A DNA stretch of 64,000 bases from Eledone cirrhosa. Its lineage: Eukaryota. A program made the translations under genes and the position numbers. Positions 1-12,804 of this stretch are shown here, piece by piece. The notes below the pieces were generated by a model. It worked only from the letters and a program-made list of their open reading frames with translations. It was not told the origin of the DNA and did no database searches. The DNA is taken from the NCBI GenBank assembly GCA_964016885.1, contig OZ024743.1, positions 53,320,001 to 53,384,000 of the forward strand, in the 5' to 3' direction. The stretch's first letter is position 1. Each line of letters starts with the position of its first letter.

Positions 1-122
1 GCAGCTAATAGTGGTATAAGCTCTCTGAACTTTTTCCAACCAGTTCTGACTCTAGCTACAGTACTTTCAGAGCACCCTCCCCCACTGCTGATTTTATCGC
101 CCAGGTAACGGAAGCTGTCCAC

Positions 123-130
<8 letters not shown>
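1..130 (-). mobile_element. RTE-clade LINE fragment (runs off window start)
   Basis: Near-exact reverse complement of 13487-13616 of the RTE ORF (IEIVDSFRYLGDKISSGGGCSESTVARVRTGWKKFRELIPLLA); ends in (TA)n(GA)n. Confidence 0.9.
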
Positions 131-207
<77 letters not shown>

Positions 208-1187
208 GAATAAAATTATTTCAGTCATATTACTCCTTAAATAGCTCAAATACTATAAAGGCTAAAAACTATAATTTGTTGAGCTTCATTTTTCAAAGAT
301 TTGCAGTATATTAAAAGTAAGCATTGAAAGCAAAATATACATTTCAAAATAAAAATATAATTTCACCTACAAATTCATGCTTATACTGCAGTTTCATTTA
401 GACAAAAAAATAGATATTAATTAAAATAATTAATAAATTAAGATGCCATAAACTCAACAGTAAGCAATGTCTTAAAACATACCTTGAGACTTTAACAAGA
501 AAATTCAAGTGAAATACCTTGTGTTGTTACAGTATCTAAACAGCAAAAACAATATACTAATATTAAAAAAAAAAATTCCATGTGCTTTTAGCTTTAAACA
601 ATAGGTCTGATGTCAAAAGCCTGAGGTTAAAAGGGAAGCTAGAAATAAATAATAAACCTCTAAATATAAAAAAAATCTACATGTAGTTGTATATATAAAG
701 AAACAAAATAATTTGGATCAATACACAAAAATATCGATTTTATTGTCTGGAAATTTGTATTTCTGCTCCGAACATTTGTGATTTTAGTCAAGCTGACTTA
801 TAAATCTAATGAGGAGCTATTTTTAGCATTCCTGTTGGCTCGCCTGTATCCTTTTGCTTAAGTGGCATTATGCATGTGCTTTCACAGTTTGTGATTTGAT
901 TCCATGGTTGAGGGCAGAGCTATTTATATATAGTAAGAGGTTGCCTGCTGATGATGAGGAAAACATCTTAATGATGCCTGTTATCTAATAATGGTAATCA
1001 CCATTATTTCTTGTCAGCTCAAAACAGTTGTATAAGCCTTAGGAATTGGTATTTCCCATCTGCATGTAAGTTCATAGCTTTTCTGCTTTTTTTGTGTCTT
1101 TATATCTATATATCTATGCATGGTCTTTGATACATTTTGTCTAAGGAATATTAACTGATGTATTATATATATATAAACACATGCTCA

Positions 1188-1288
1188 TATATAGGGTAGG
1201 ATGCTGAACAATCAAGTTTAAACTTTTTTGTTTTTGTTTTAGCAATGAAAACTGCTTAAACTTGACTGTTGGGCATCTTATCCTATAT
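1188..1288. repeat. ~100-bp imperfect palindrome / MITE-like hairpin
   Basis: TATAGGGTAGGATGCTGAACAATCAAGTTTAA pairs with TTAAACTTGACTGTTGGGCATCTTATCCTATA. Confidence 0.65.
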
Positions 1289-1534
1289 TAATACCTACAT
1301 ACTGCTTTCATTAAGTATGGAGTATAAAGTTATATAATGGTCTTACTAGTTTTATCTAGTAGCATGTAGCAATGAAGCTGAAACTTCAAAGTCATTGTTT
1401 TCTACTTAGAAAATAGAGATCAACACTCTACCGACCAGTATTGAGTTATTTCAATTAATGATTGAATGTTTTAAATACTACAGTATTTAAACATATATTC
1501 TAATATACATAAATATAAATATATATATATATAT

Positions 1535-1990
1535 CGATGGAAGACGCGGAGTGGAGAGATCCATAAAGACCTGGGATGAGGTGATAAAATCCGACCTTAC
1601 CCAATTGCACCTCTCAAAGGCGACTGTGACCTCTGGCATCATGCAGTAATACAGAAGACCTCCCACGGGTACAAGCTGAAGCTGAAGCATATAGACAATA
1701 TGTCCCCACACCCTCCCACTGTAAAGTGGACGTTGAGGTGCCATGTAAAAAAAGCACCCAGCCCACACTGTAAAGTGGACGTGGAGGTGCCACGGCAAAA
1801 AAGTACCCAGCCCACACTGTAATTGAGGTTGGTGTTAGGAAGGGCATCCAGCTGTAGAAATCAAGCCAGAATCAGTTCCCATATGAGCAAGACATGGTCA
1901 GCTAACCGGGCACTGCCCACAACAGAACAACCCGTCTAACCCATGCTAGCATGGAATAATGGACGTAAAACGGTGATGATGATGATGATG
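1535..1990 (+). mobile_element. RTE 3' remnant followed by RTE-tailed SINE-like repeat ending in (GAT)n
   Basis: Encodes GRRGVERSIKTWDEVIKSDL (RTE C-terminus), then CCACACTGTAA..GGTTGGTGTTAGGAAGGGCATCCAGCTGTAGAAA and a (GAT)n tail. Related copies at ~8160-8310 (+), ~9075-9300 (-), ~10290-10560 (-), ~15780-16010 (+). Confidence 0.75.
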
Positions 1991-2050
1991 ATATATATAT
2001 ATATATACACACACAAATGCACACACACACACACACATCATATATATATA

Positions 2051-2128
2051 CAGGATGTCCCCCCAAAATGTATACACATATTTATTAGAATGCTGTTAAA
2101 GTGTGTATACATTTTTGGGGACACCCTG
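2051..2128. mobile_element. Tc1/mariner-type MITE (~78 bp)
   Basis: TIRs CAGGATGTCCCCCAAAATGTATACACA / TGTGTATACATTTTTGGGGACACCCTG, TA on both sides. Confidence 0.85.
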
Positions 2129-2751
2129 TATATGCATGTATGTGGGTGCCTATGTCTGAGTGTGAACAAATTATTGCTTTTAAATATCATTCATGATTGG
2201 AATGTCAAGAATATTTAGATTCAGATGATCCTAAAGTTTTAATCAATATTCTTGGGGCTTTCATCTCAAATAGTTATACATACAGTTTAATATTTGTGAG
2301 TAGTAATATAGTCATTGATACTAGCAAAAGCCAAGAATTTGGGGTCTGATAGAATTGATCTTCAGGTGACAACATTAAATTCTTCTTCCTCCTTCCCTTC
2401 CTGCACCTTCTCCTCCTTCTTCTACTTTGCCCATATGTCCCTTAGAGGGTTGTAGAGTTCTCAGACACCATCTAGAGGGCCTTGTCAGAAGCAACCATCT
2501 CTAAATGATCTGGCTGGTTTCCCAAGTGAGACCAACTGAACATCCAGCCATCTTGCCCTGGTCTGCCCCTGGATTCTCTGCTAGCTAGCTTTGCGTGTAA
2601 AGTTTGTCCAGCAATTCTTTCCTTAGACGTTCAAACTATATGTCCATAGTATAATTCCTGGAATAATGTTACTACAAAGACCCTTTGGAAGAACCTTATT
2701 TGGTGTTGCTAACAGACTGTTGTATATGATGGAAGACCTTTTAGTTGGTAT

Positions 2752-2900
2752 AATTGTTTCTACTATTGGCACAAGGCCAGCAATTACCCAGTACATTACT
2801 GGTACTTTATTTTATCGACCCCGTAAGGATGAACGGCAAAGTTAACTTCGGCGGGATTTGAACTCAGAATGGCAAGGGCCGTAACTCTTGTCACAGTAGT
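2752..2900 (-). mobile_element. tRNA-derived SINE, family A (partial)
   Basis: Reverse complement of the SINE at 37001-37175, including the B-box-like GAGTTCAAATCCCG. Confidence 0.85.
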
Positions 2901-3113
2901 GTAGTTGTTGCCTGATCCACATATACATATGAACTAAGGTAATCTTTAAGGGGTATCTGGGGCCATTTGTTTGAAGTTGGCTAACAGATCACTTCAGTTT
3001 TTATGTATGTGTATATCTCTCTCTATATATCTATCTGTTTTTCTGTCTCTCTGTCCATCTGTCTATCTGTATATCTATCCATCCATCCATCCATACATAC
3101 ATACACACATACA

Positions 3114-3678
3114 TAGTGGCTGCCAACTCGTTTTCGAGTACGGCCACTACTTTATATCCATGTAGGAGAACCCCTACCGATGCGCTGAACAAGTGTGACT
3201 TTTTAGTCCAGCCAGCAACTTGAAAACTCTGGTACAAACACTACACTTGTGACAATTATTGACACATTGTGCTAGGCCCATGGTACCATGTGATGACAAG
3301 TGCAGAGAGATCTCCAGATATAAAGCAATGCCTGTGCCGTGAAGCTTTTATAGTGAGCAAAGACACTGCACAAAGCCAGTCCCACTCTCTTAACCAAGAT
3401 GATATTTACCAAAAAGAAGAACAAGTCAACATCATTGGATACCATCAGAGTTGCAGGTGTTATATCAGAGTTTTCCTTCTCCTAGAATTCTGCCTTGACA
3501 AAGGCTAAGGGGTCATCTCTCCCGGTGATTTTGGATGGCCATTGACTCTTAAGAGCTCCTTTGCCCTTTGACAGGTTTTGTTTTTAGTCCTGCAGGATGT
3601 CCAAAGTCACCCTCCTCACCAAGAAACCTTGGTGGGGTTGCCAGTTTAGTCGCCAACGACCTGACCATGGGACAGGTC
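3114..3678 (-). mobile_element. Non-autonomous RTE-derived element, copy 1 (slightly 5'-truncated)
   Basis: Reverse complement of 6992-7597; flanked by a ~55-bp direct repeat (3061-3115 = 3681-3735) consistent with a long TSD. Confidence 0.85.
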
Positions 3679-3932
3679 GGGTCTATCTGTATATCTATCC
3701 ATCCATCCATCCATACATACATACACACATACATACACACATACATACATACACACATACATATATTTTGCACATATACTCTTTTGTAATTCTCATCATC
3801 AGAAATGCAGTAAATCAGGAATTAATCGTTTGGAATCTAATTATAAGGAACAATTCATTTGCTTAGAAAACAGAATAAAAAGTTAGCAGATAGAAAACTG
3901 TATGGAAGTCTTTATGTGTGTAACTCTACATA

Positions 3933-4222
3933 TATAAGTGTATATATATGTTTGTGAATGTATATAAGTGTATATATATGTTTCTGAATGTATGTAAGTG
4001 TATATATATGTTTGTGAATGTATGTAAGTGTATGTATATGTTTGTGAATGTATATAAGTGTATATGTATGTTTCTGAATGTATATAAGTGTATATATATG
4101 TTTCTGAATGTATGTAAGTGTATATATATGTTTGTGAATGTATATAAGTGTATGTATATGTTTGTGAATGTATATAAGTGTATATGTATGTTTCTGAATG
4201 TATGTAAGTGTATATATGTGTT
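3933..4222. repeat. 30-bp minisatellite (~9.5 copies)
   Basis: Unit TATATAAGTGTATATATATGTTTGTGAATG in tandem. Confidence 0.95.
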
Positions 4223-4514
4223 TGAGAATTATTCTGACTATTCCTTGTAAATTATTTTTAAAAAGTCCTTTTCTACCTCTTTTACACAGTTTATTAACTT
4301 TCAAGAAAAATAAAATCTTAATTAACTGACAGCACAACTAACATTAAATTTGTATAATTAACTTTTGATTATCTATTAATTATTTAATTAGCAAATGATA
4401 AGTATCATTGAACTTTAAAAAGTAATTACATCTAGCTTGACTTTTTAATAAGATGATCTCAACATTTTTATTATTCTTGTTATGATATTATCCATTTACC
4501 AATATTATTTTCAG

Positions 4515-4638
4515 CCATTTAACAGATTTACAGATACAGGGAAATAGATTATCTTGTACAGACGGTATAGCTGACCAGTTTCCAGCATTAGAAATATTGA
4601 ATATATCAAATAATGAAATTGACTCTTTTGAGGAGCTG
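4515..4638 (+). CDS. LRR-containing protein, internal exon A (HLTDLQIQGNRLSCTDGIADQFPALEILNISNNEIDSFEEL)
   Basis: TTTTCAG acceptor, GTAAGC donor, open frame with two LxxLxLxxNxL-type repeats; ends in phase 0. Confidence 0.88.
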
Positions 4639-4783
4639 GTAAGCACTACATGAATATTGAATTCTGTGTAGCATCTGATCTTTTCTCTTTTCTTAAGATT
4701 TATACTGCTTTGGTGCAGTTGTAGATAAGTTCCTCATTATATCCTCTTACTAATAAACAAACAAGTTGGACCAACTTTCATGT

Positions 4784-4815
<32 letters not shown>

Positions 4816-5232
4816 TAGACTCAGAATATAAAGGGCCAGAATAAATATGACAATTGCATTTTATCCCAAAGCTCTACAGATTCTGTCAACTTACCATATA
4901 TGTCCAACCTGTGCTAGGAAAAACAGATGTAAAAACGTTGCTGCTGATGATGATGATGTGATGTAAATATTAATTAAATATATCATCATTCTTCTGTGTT
5001 GTGTTTTCCTAAATACAAACTACTATGTAGCAGAGTCATTAGGGCATGGGATATTTGTTCCAGATCGCTGTATTCTGAGTTCAAATCCTGCACATTGCCT
5101 TGCATCATTTTAGGGTTGATAAAGAAAGTACTTGCCTAGTGCTGGTGCAGCCCTAACTCCCTTCAGCTGGCCTTCCTTGTTCTGCTGCTTCAAGTAGGGG
5201 AGAGTAGAGCATGTGTTTGTGTCTGCTCGCAA

Positions 5233-5456
5233 CTATTTTACTGTGTATGTGTGTATTTTACTGTGTATGTGTGTACTTTACTGTGTATGTGTGTATTTTA
5301 CTGTGTATGTGTATATTTTACTGTGTATGTGTATATTTTACTGTGTATGTGTGTATTTTACTGTGTATGTGTATATTTTACTGTGTATGTGTATATTTTA
5401 CTGTGTATGTGTATATTTTACTGTGTATGTGTATATTTTACTGTGTATGTGTGTAT
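5233..5456. repeat. 20-bp minisatellite (~11 copies)
   Basis: Unit CTGTGTATGTGTATATTTTA. Confidence 0.95.
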
Positions 5457-6110
5457 TCATCAAGGTTCTGTCTTCTGGCCACCCCTGTTTATTATAGTTC
5501 TCCAGGTCATCATGTGAACTATTTGTATATTTATGATGATGCTCTTATCTCTGAATCTGTGGAAGACCTTCACTAGAAATTTCTGTTGTCAAAACATCTT
5601 AGAATCAAAATAGCTTAGAGTAAACCAAGCAGATACTAAACTTTTAGTAAGTAGTAAAGAGGACACGACTCGAAGTTGCCATGTTTGATACATAGAAAAG
5701 GATTAGATAACAAATCTATATGATATTCAAAAGGCAACGTATGGGAACACAGAAAGTGTAGGGAGGCTAACAGAAAAGACAGATTTTGCATGTGACAGAT
5801 GAATAGGAATAATGTGTAGTAAGAGCAGCAATGAAATACACCTTTTGGAATCTCATAAAGGTACCACCGAAGTAGTTGGTATTTTCTCTTACTTAGGAGA
5901 CCTAATTAACAGAGGAGGAAGTTGTTCTGAAAGCATAGTAACTAGAATATGTACAAGCAAAGAAGCGCAATGCTGCATGAAGTTATATGGAGGTTGGAAA
6001 GAAATGGAGCATGTATGCTCTGTTGGATGTGAAATGTTAGTATGCATGAATGACAAGGTGTGGAAGATCTGAGAGAAAAGAATTCAAAAGCTATCAGTGG
6101 AATCAGATTT
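5457..6110 (+). mobile_element. Highly decayed RTE LINE fragment
   Basis: Remnants of HQGSV..P.LFII, YDD..LISES, FSYLGDLINRGGSCSESIVTRI and an RLERNE-like motif, with many disruptions. Confidence 0.7.
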
Positions 6111-6558
6111 ATGGGTTGTGACAAGTTTTGCCTCTCCAAGCCTATTCCATACAGTTTCAATAAGAATTGACAGACAAATCTTAAAGTCAGGATAACCATA
6201 TCAATATGTTGAATGGAATTTGCTTCTCAGTTAGGTCTTAGTTTCAATCCCACTGCATGGCATCTTGGTCAAGTGTCATTTATTCTTGCCTATGGTTGAT
6301 CCATGACTTGCTAGTGAAATTTGGTAGACAGAAACTGTCTGGAAGAGCATCAGATGAACTCTATCTGTTATTCAAAAGGTCAGCATTGTCATGTACTGAG
6401 AATTACATCAATTGTACACATGGCAGTGAAATGCTCAGTCAATTATATGTTAATTTCATGAGTGTGCTCTTCTGTTGATTGATCAACTGGAACATTGTTG
6501 AAACCAACAGAGGTGTATTTCACACACACACACACACATACACGCACACATACATATA

Positions 6559-6636
6559 TTAGGTTGTAACATAAATTTCCGCCATTTTTTTATTAAACAA
6601 ATTATAACAACGGCGGGAATTTATGTTACAACCTAA
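6559..6636. mobile_element. mariner-type MITE (78 bp, Made1-like architecture)
   Basis: TIRs TTAGGTTGTAACATAAATTTCCGCC / GGCGGGAATTTATGTTACAACCTAA, flanked by TA. Confidence 0.85.
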
Positions 6637-6894
6637 TATATATATATGTATATATAAGTGAAATGATTACAATATACCGTTAAAACATGTTTATATAAAC
6701 ATGTTTTAACGGTATATTCTCCTTTGTAATCATTTCACTTGTAACCGCTCTGCTTATATTCTCGCCTGCTAGATATTAACACTTCTAATATTTAACCCTG
6801 TAGGCACAAGTATTGAACACATTTGTATAAGCTATTGGCAACTAACTATATGTATCACTTATCTCTTCTTCTCTCTCTCGACACTTAAGTATTC

Positions 6895-6928
<34 letters not shown>

Positions 6929-6943
6929 TGTATGTATGTATGT

Positions 6944-6991
<48 letters not shown>

Positions 6992-6993
<2 letters not shown>

Positions 6994-7597
6994 CAGGTCA
7001 CCAGTTGGTGTTACTGGTAACATGTATCCCAGTACAACCTGTCTCATGGTCGGGTCGTTGGCGACTAAACTGGCAACCCCACCAAGGTTTCTTGGTTAGG
7101 AGGGTGACTTTGGACATCCTGCAGGACTAAAAACAAAACCTCCCAAAGGGCAAAGGAGCTCTTAAGAGTCAATGGCCATCCAAAATCACCGGGAGAGATG
7201 ACCCCTTAGCCTTTGTCAAGGCAGAATTCTAGGAGAAGGAAAACTCTGATATAACACCTGCAACTCTGATGGTATCCAATGATGTTGACTTGTTCTTCTT
7301 TTTGGTAAATATCATCTTGGTTAAGAGAGTGGGACTGGCTTTGTGCAGTGCCTTTGCTCACTATAAAAGCTTCACGGCACAGGCATTGCTTTATATCTGG
7401 AGATCTCTCTGCACTTGTCGTCACATGGTACCATGGGCCCAGCACTGTGTCAATAATTGTCACAAGTGTAGTGTTTGTACCAGAGTTTTCAAGTCGCTGG
7501 CTGGACTAAAAAGTCACACTCGTTCAGTGCATCGGTAGGGGTTCTCCTACATGGATATAAAGTAGTGGCCGTACTCGAAAACGAGTTGGCAGCCACC
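6992..7597 (+). mobile_element. Non-autonomous RTE-derived element, copy 2 (full length, ~606 bp)
   Basis: Same 5' start (GTCAGGTCACCAGTTG) as copy 4; 3' part encodes C2H2-like CSVCTRVFKSLAGLKSHTRSVH; flanked by microsatellites. Confidence 0.85.
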
Positions 7598-7629
7598 ATA
7601 TATATGTATATATATGTATATATATATGT

Positions 7630-7911
7630 GGAGGAATGTGGCCTAGTGGTAAGAGTGTTGGACTTACGATTATAATGTCGTGGGTTCGATTCCTGGGCTG
7701 TGTATTGTGTTCTTGAGCAAAACATTTCATTTCACGTTGCTCCAGTACACTCAGCTGAAAATGAGTACCAGCAATAGCTAGGGGTTTAACCCTGCGATGG
7801 ACTGGCGTCCTGTTCAGGAGGAGTCTTGTACTGTCAGTCGCTTCATGCCATGAAACCGGGAAAAGCACCGGCCAAATGAGCCTTCTGGCTTAAGACAGAC
7901 TTTAGACTTAG
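7630..7911 (+). mobile_element. tRNA-derived SINE, family B
   Basis: A-box TGGCCTAGTGG, B-box GGTTCGATTCC, conserved body CTTGAGCAAAACA..TTTCACGTTGCTCCAGT, (TTAGAC)n tail. Confidence 0.85.
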
Positions 7912-7985
7912 ATATATGCATGAATACACCATTCATGTTACTAAGATTCTTAGAAACCAATTACTAATATACCTTTTATATATAT

Positions 7986-8130
7986 GGAGGCACATGGCTT
8001 AGTGGTTAGAGCATTGGCCTTGCAATCGAAAGGTTGTGAGTTCAATTCTCAGACCGGATGATGTGTTGTTTCCTTGAGCAAGACACTTTATTTCACATTG
8101 CTCCAGTTTACTCAGCTGTAGAAATGAGAT
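7986..8130 (+). mobile_element. tRNA-derived SINE, family B (partial)
   Basis: TGGCTTAGTGGTTAGAGC...GAGTTCAATTC, CCTTGAGCAAGACACTTTATTTCAC. Confidence 0.8.
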
Positions 8131-8438
8131 GTTAGGGACTGGGGTCCCTATCATTCCACTGCAAAGTGGTCATGGAGGTGCCACGGCAAAAAAGCACCCA
8201 GCACTCACTGTAAATGAGGTTGGTGTTAGGAAGGGCATCCAGCTGTAGAAATCAAGCCAGAATCAGTTCCCATCCCACCCTTGCAAGCAGGGAAAAGTGG
8301 ATATAAAATGAAATGAATGAAATAGAATGATATATATATAATAGATTGTTCCTCGAGCTGATCAACAGTGTAACACATGTAATATGTAATAAATATGTAT
8401 ATGATGTAACACTGATTCTTTGTTCCTTATATGTTGAT

Positions 8439-8478
<40 letters not shown>

Positions 8479-8611
8479 TATATATGTATATGGATGTTAA
8501 ATGATGATATGTCTATATATATACGCATGTATGTGTGACTGTGAATTCAATTTTTGTCTATACATAAAGCTTTCATTAACAAAAAGGAATTGTTTTTACT
8601 TTTAAATCTAG

Positions 8612-8737
8612 GTTAATCTCAGTAACTTTGCACATTTGTTGGAGATAGTAGTGAAATGTAACCCGTTTACGCGCCACTACAGACATTATCATTCTGATTT
8701 GGTGGAAGAAATTCCTACATTGCAGTGGCTGGATGGA
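8612..8737 (+). CDS. LRR-containing protein, exon B with LRRcap (VNLSNFAHLLEIVVKCNPFTRHYRHYHSDLVEEIPTLQWLDG)
   Basis: CTAG acceptor, GTGAGT donor, 126 bp phase 0/0; NP...Y...IP.L..LDG matches the LRRcap of SDS22/U2A'-type LRR proteins. Confidence 0.88.
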
Positions 8738-8976
8738 GTGAGTATAATGGTTTGCTAAACATTCATTTGTTTCTATGATGAATGAGGAGTTAAACTTCTC
8801 TGATAATATAAATGTATCAATAAAATTCTAAATACTTTTCACTGACTATCTTGAGGGCTGTTTACTGTTTTCTACATGATTTCCTTTTTATTACAAATAT
8901 CAAAATTTAATAACAACAAACACAATTGACAAACATTTTAAATACTTTATTTTATAAACTAATTTTGTATTTTCAG

Positions 8977-9037
8977 TTCAATGTGAAAGAAAAGAATATG
9001 AATTCTTTTAATACCAAACGTACTACTACATATCCTG
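8977..9037 (+). CDS. LRR-containing protein, exon C (FNVKEKNMNSFNTKRTTTYP)
   Basis: TTTTCAG acceptor, GTTAGT donor, phase 0/1, frame-compatible with exons B and D. Confidence 0.7.
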
Positions 9038-10884
9038 GTTAGTACTTTTGATATCAAATTCATCATCATCACCATTTAACATCCATTTTTCCATGCCAGC
9101 ACGGGCTAGATGAGTTTTCTTGAAAGACAAGCCAGATCAGGTGACCATGTCTTGATCATGCAGAAGTGTTTCTAGCTTACTTTTTATGGCTGGATGTCCT
9201 TCCTAATGCCAACCACATTTACAGTGTGGACTGGGTGCTTTTTATCGTAGCACCAAAATGACACCTACACAACCTATTTACAGTGTGGACTGGCAGCTGG
9301 GATGGGGGAGCTGCATGGGGGTTGAAGAGGTAGATCTAGGGTGGGGCACTTATCCAATTGCAAGTTGTCAAACTACAGATGGGGATCTGTCATGAGATCT
9401 ATTGATTTATCTATATCAATCGTGCTAAACTTTTTTTTATTTCTATTTCACAAAGTAGAGACAGTGTTCTCAGCTTTTGCAGGACCTCTCATGATGGCAA
9501 CTTTAAACTATTTAATTTTCTAATTGTTCTTCTCATCATCATCATCATCGTTTAACGTCCATCTTCCATGCATGCATAGGTTGGCCTCCTGTAGTTTGAT
9601 ATCTTAAGATAAAATGGAGACATGAAATGTTGTTAATTAGAACAATGCTTTGTCTTCCTTTTTACACAAACTATTCTTTTCAATCAAATAGTTCAATACT
9701 CTAATACTCGACTTTAAATTAATCACTGAATATTTAAATTTCTTAACAGACACAGGCTAGCTGAGTAGGGTGTTTGGCTCATGCTTATCTCCCTTTGGCT
9801 TGAGTTCCAGTAGGTGGCAAGGAATGGCTGCTTGACCTTGACCATGGCAATAGCCATAAACAGCGCTGTCAGTTGCTTCCCCTTGCTCCTGCTGGAACAA
9901 AGTAGATGACATCAGCCATCACCTTTAAAATTCATAGCTAAAAGCTTTCAAATGCTTCTTTGTAAACATATTGTATATTATTTGATATAGACCCCCCCCC
10001 CACCACCACCACCACCACCACCACACATTCACATATATATATATATCATCTGTGTTTGTATATCTATATTTACATTTATTGTTTGCTCATCTTAAGTACC
10101 AGTCTTGAAAAAATAAGTACTATGATTGGCTAAATCCCTTCTAAGTGGTGCCTCTGCATGGCCTCAGTTTAATGACTTACAATCAAAGAACCTTACTTTA
10201 ATAGGGTGTGTCAAAAGAAAGTTATTCTATTTGTATATTAACTGAAATGAACTAAGCCAATACCAAATGGAAACTAGCTACAATCATCATCATCATTTAA
10301 CATCTATCTTCCATGCTAGCATGGGTTAGACGGGAATTGTCCCACTTGAGACAAGATTGGTCGGATGACCATGTCTCACTCGCATAGGACTATCTGGCAG
10401 GTTTTCTTTGGCTGGATGCCCTTCCTAACACCAACCACATTTACAGTGTGGACTGGGAGCTTTTTACCGTGTTACCTACACGGCTACATTACAGCGTGGA
10501 CTGTGTTTTTTTGTTGTGACACCTACACAACCTCATTAGTTTGGACTGGATGTTGTGGTACCAACATAACTTTACAGAGAAAGGATGGTGTTGGTGAGAG
10601 TGGGAGGATGGAGTAGAAGTAGTGAGTTGGGGTGTATATTTGGTTAAGAGCTGCCTACTGACTGTAGGTTTCACTTTGGGTGAAAAATGCAAATATTTTC
10701 TATCCTTTAATGAATTGAAAACAATTGTAGAATCTGCAAGTAAAGTGATACTGATAGTCTATTCTTCTCCAAAATACTACCTTCGATGAGATATTAGCAG
10801 TATCTCAACTAACATTTGTATAGTAAATTAAGCATGTGAGAGCTTTCATCAATTCTATGCTCTTATATTCCACTTTATAATAAA

Positions 10885-11232
10885 TCATCATCATCATCAT
10901 CATCATCATTTTACGTCCACTTTTCCCTGCTTGCAAGGGTGGAATGGGTCCTATTCAGCACAGCATCTTTCCACTTGTCACGGTCCTTCGTCATCTCCTC
11001 CGTGAGCTTCAGCGATCTGAGGTCTGCTCTCACCACCTCCACCCATGTTTTTCGTGGTATACCTCTACTGTGTCTTCCTTCAACTGGCATTTCTTGGCAC
11101 TTCTTTACCCAGCAGTCATCCTCCATGTGCATCATATGTCCATACCATCGCAGTCTTCTCTCCTGCACACTGCAACTTATCCCTTTTATACACAGTTTCT
11201 CTTTCAACACATCCATGCTCAGTCGTTCACGT
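10885..11232 (-). mobile_element. RTE LINE 3' end (5'-truncated)
   Basis: ORF 10911-11216: RRLRWYGH...GRHSRGIPRKTW; (GAT)n tail. Confidence 0.9.
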
Positions 11233-11282
11233 ACATAAAATGTATGAAAAATATCTAATACCAGAATACTTTATTTTTGTAG

Positions 11283-11355
11283 ATATTGTTGGAACTGCAA
11301 ATGAGTTGGAACAAATTGATTTAAATCCAACACTTATAAATGATATCACTCACAG
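11283..11355 (+). CDS. LRR-containing protein, exon D (DIVGTANELEQIDLNPTLINDITHR)
   Basis: TTTTTGTAG acceptor, AG|GTAAGA donor, phase 1/2, continues exon C in frame. Confidence 0.72.
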
Positions 11356-12804
11356 GTAAGATTTTGTAGCTATACAGTGGTTAACATTATGAAAATAGAT
11401 TATATCAAATGATTACATGTGGCTATTCTACTGATAATGTTTTAAACTGACAAGATATATTTCTTAATAAAAATGGAATTCCCAATCTTTGAATAACAGA
11501 ATGATTGTAAATTGTATTGTATTCTTTTATTCTTGTATTCTTATTCTATATAGTTACAAAGAGTTAAAATCCGCCCTAAGCCTGGAGGCTAATCAGGCCT
11601 ATGCTTATCCCAGTTTCATTGGCGCTATGTGGCTGACAATAGAAAACTTCCCCATGAACAGGAAATCAGTCAATCGCATGGTTACTGCAGTTGATACTCA
11701 GCTTTGTTGACAGAAGCAATGTAAAATGAAGTGTTTTGCTCAAGAACACAACTCATCACCTGCTATTTAATTGTAAATCAGATACTCTAACCATTAGTCT
11801 TCACATTCTATATAAGAGAAATAGAACAAAAAGCAAAACAAAACAAAGAATAGCCTAACAATTTGGTAGATCAACAACTGAGATCATGTAAATATCTAAC
11901 ATTCTTTAGGAGTGTGCAATATATTCCATTGGCGGGCCACTCTTGAACATTGGAACAACTATTAGTATTTATATTTATTAATATTTATTAAGCACTAATC
12001 TTTGTAATGTACCTATGTGTATGTATATATGCACTGATGTATGTGCCCAGCCAACCAAACTTATATGGTTCTAATAGCGATTTATAATTATGGTACATAA
12101 GTACAACTGTATATTGTGGTTAACTTATTATTACTATTTTTTAAATTCTTTTTTTATTACAGCCTACCTTCGTCTTAGGTACATAGCTTACTATGTAAAT
12201 CATAAACAACGACTTCGGTAGTTTCCGCCCGCTTTCGTAGTCGCTAAACAGGTCATGATATATATATATATATATATTCTGTGGAACGGAATTGATTTCC
12301 TTTGTTCACACTTTGAATTTGCCCGCCAAAAACCGGGGGTTACTTCCCTTGCTGGAAATAACATGTGACAGTGAAACACTGAGGGCTGCCAACGATGGCA
12401 GTTCTGCGTTGCATTCCACACTGGCTTGAGGCATAGAACGAAATTTCCTGTTGATGATGTGAATCCACTGTTCGATCATGGGATACCACAAGCTTATATA
12501 TTATGTAAGTTGGATGGATGATTTCGGATTCATAGAAACCTATCGGACGTATTGCAAAATATCGTTTGATATGTCCAGGTCAGTTGTCTAACCTGATTAG
12601 TTTTTTCGTTGTTTTTGGTATTGTGTGACTAGGTCTACCTGCCGCAATTTTCAATTTGTCAAGCTGTCTAAACGTATGTTATTACTCTAAGACCTACCTT
12701 ATTGAGTGCTTTGCTGCTCATTCCTAATTGTAGGCCGTTAGCTTGGCCACCGCCAAGGCTTCGATTTTACTAAACTTCCACTTGAATATATATATATATA
12801 TATG

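Noticed and set aside
3269-3508. Recurrent 79-aa ORF MLGPWYHV.. (4 copies) as a gene family
   Set aside because: It is the antisense frame of a young repeat; conservation reflects copy identity, not evident selection.
7630-7700. tRNA genes (also 7986, 37001, 49771, 60704, 62175)
   Set aside because: A/B boxes are present but the cloverleaf is incomplete and each continues into a SINE body.
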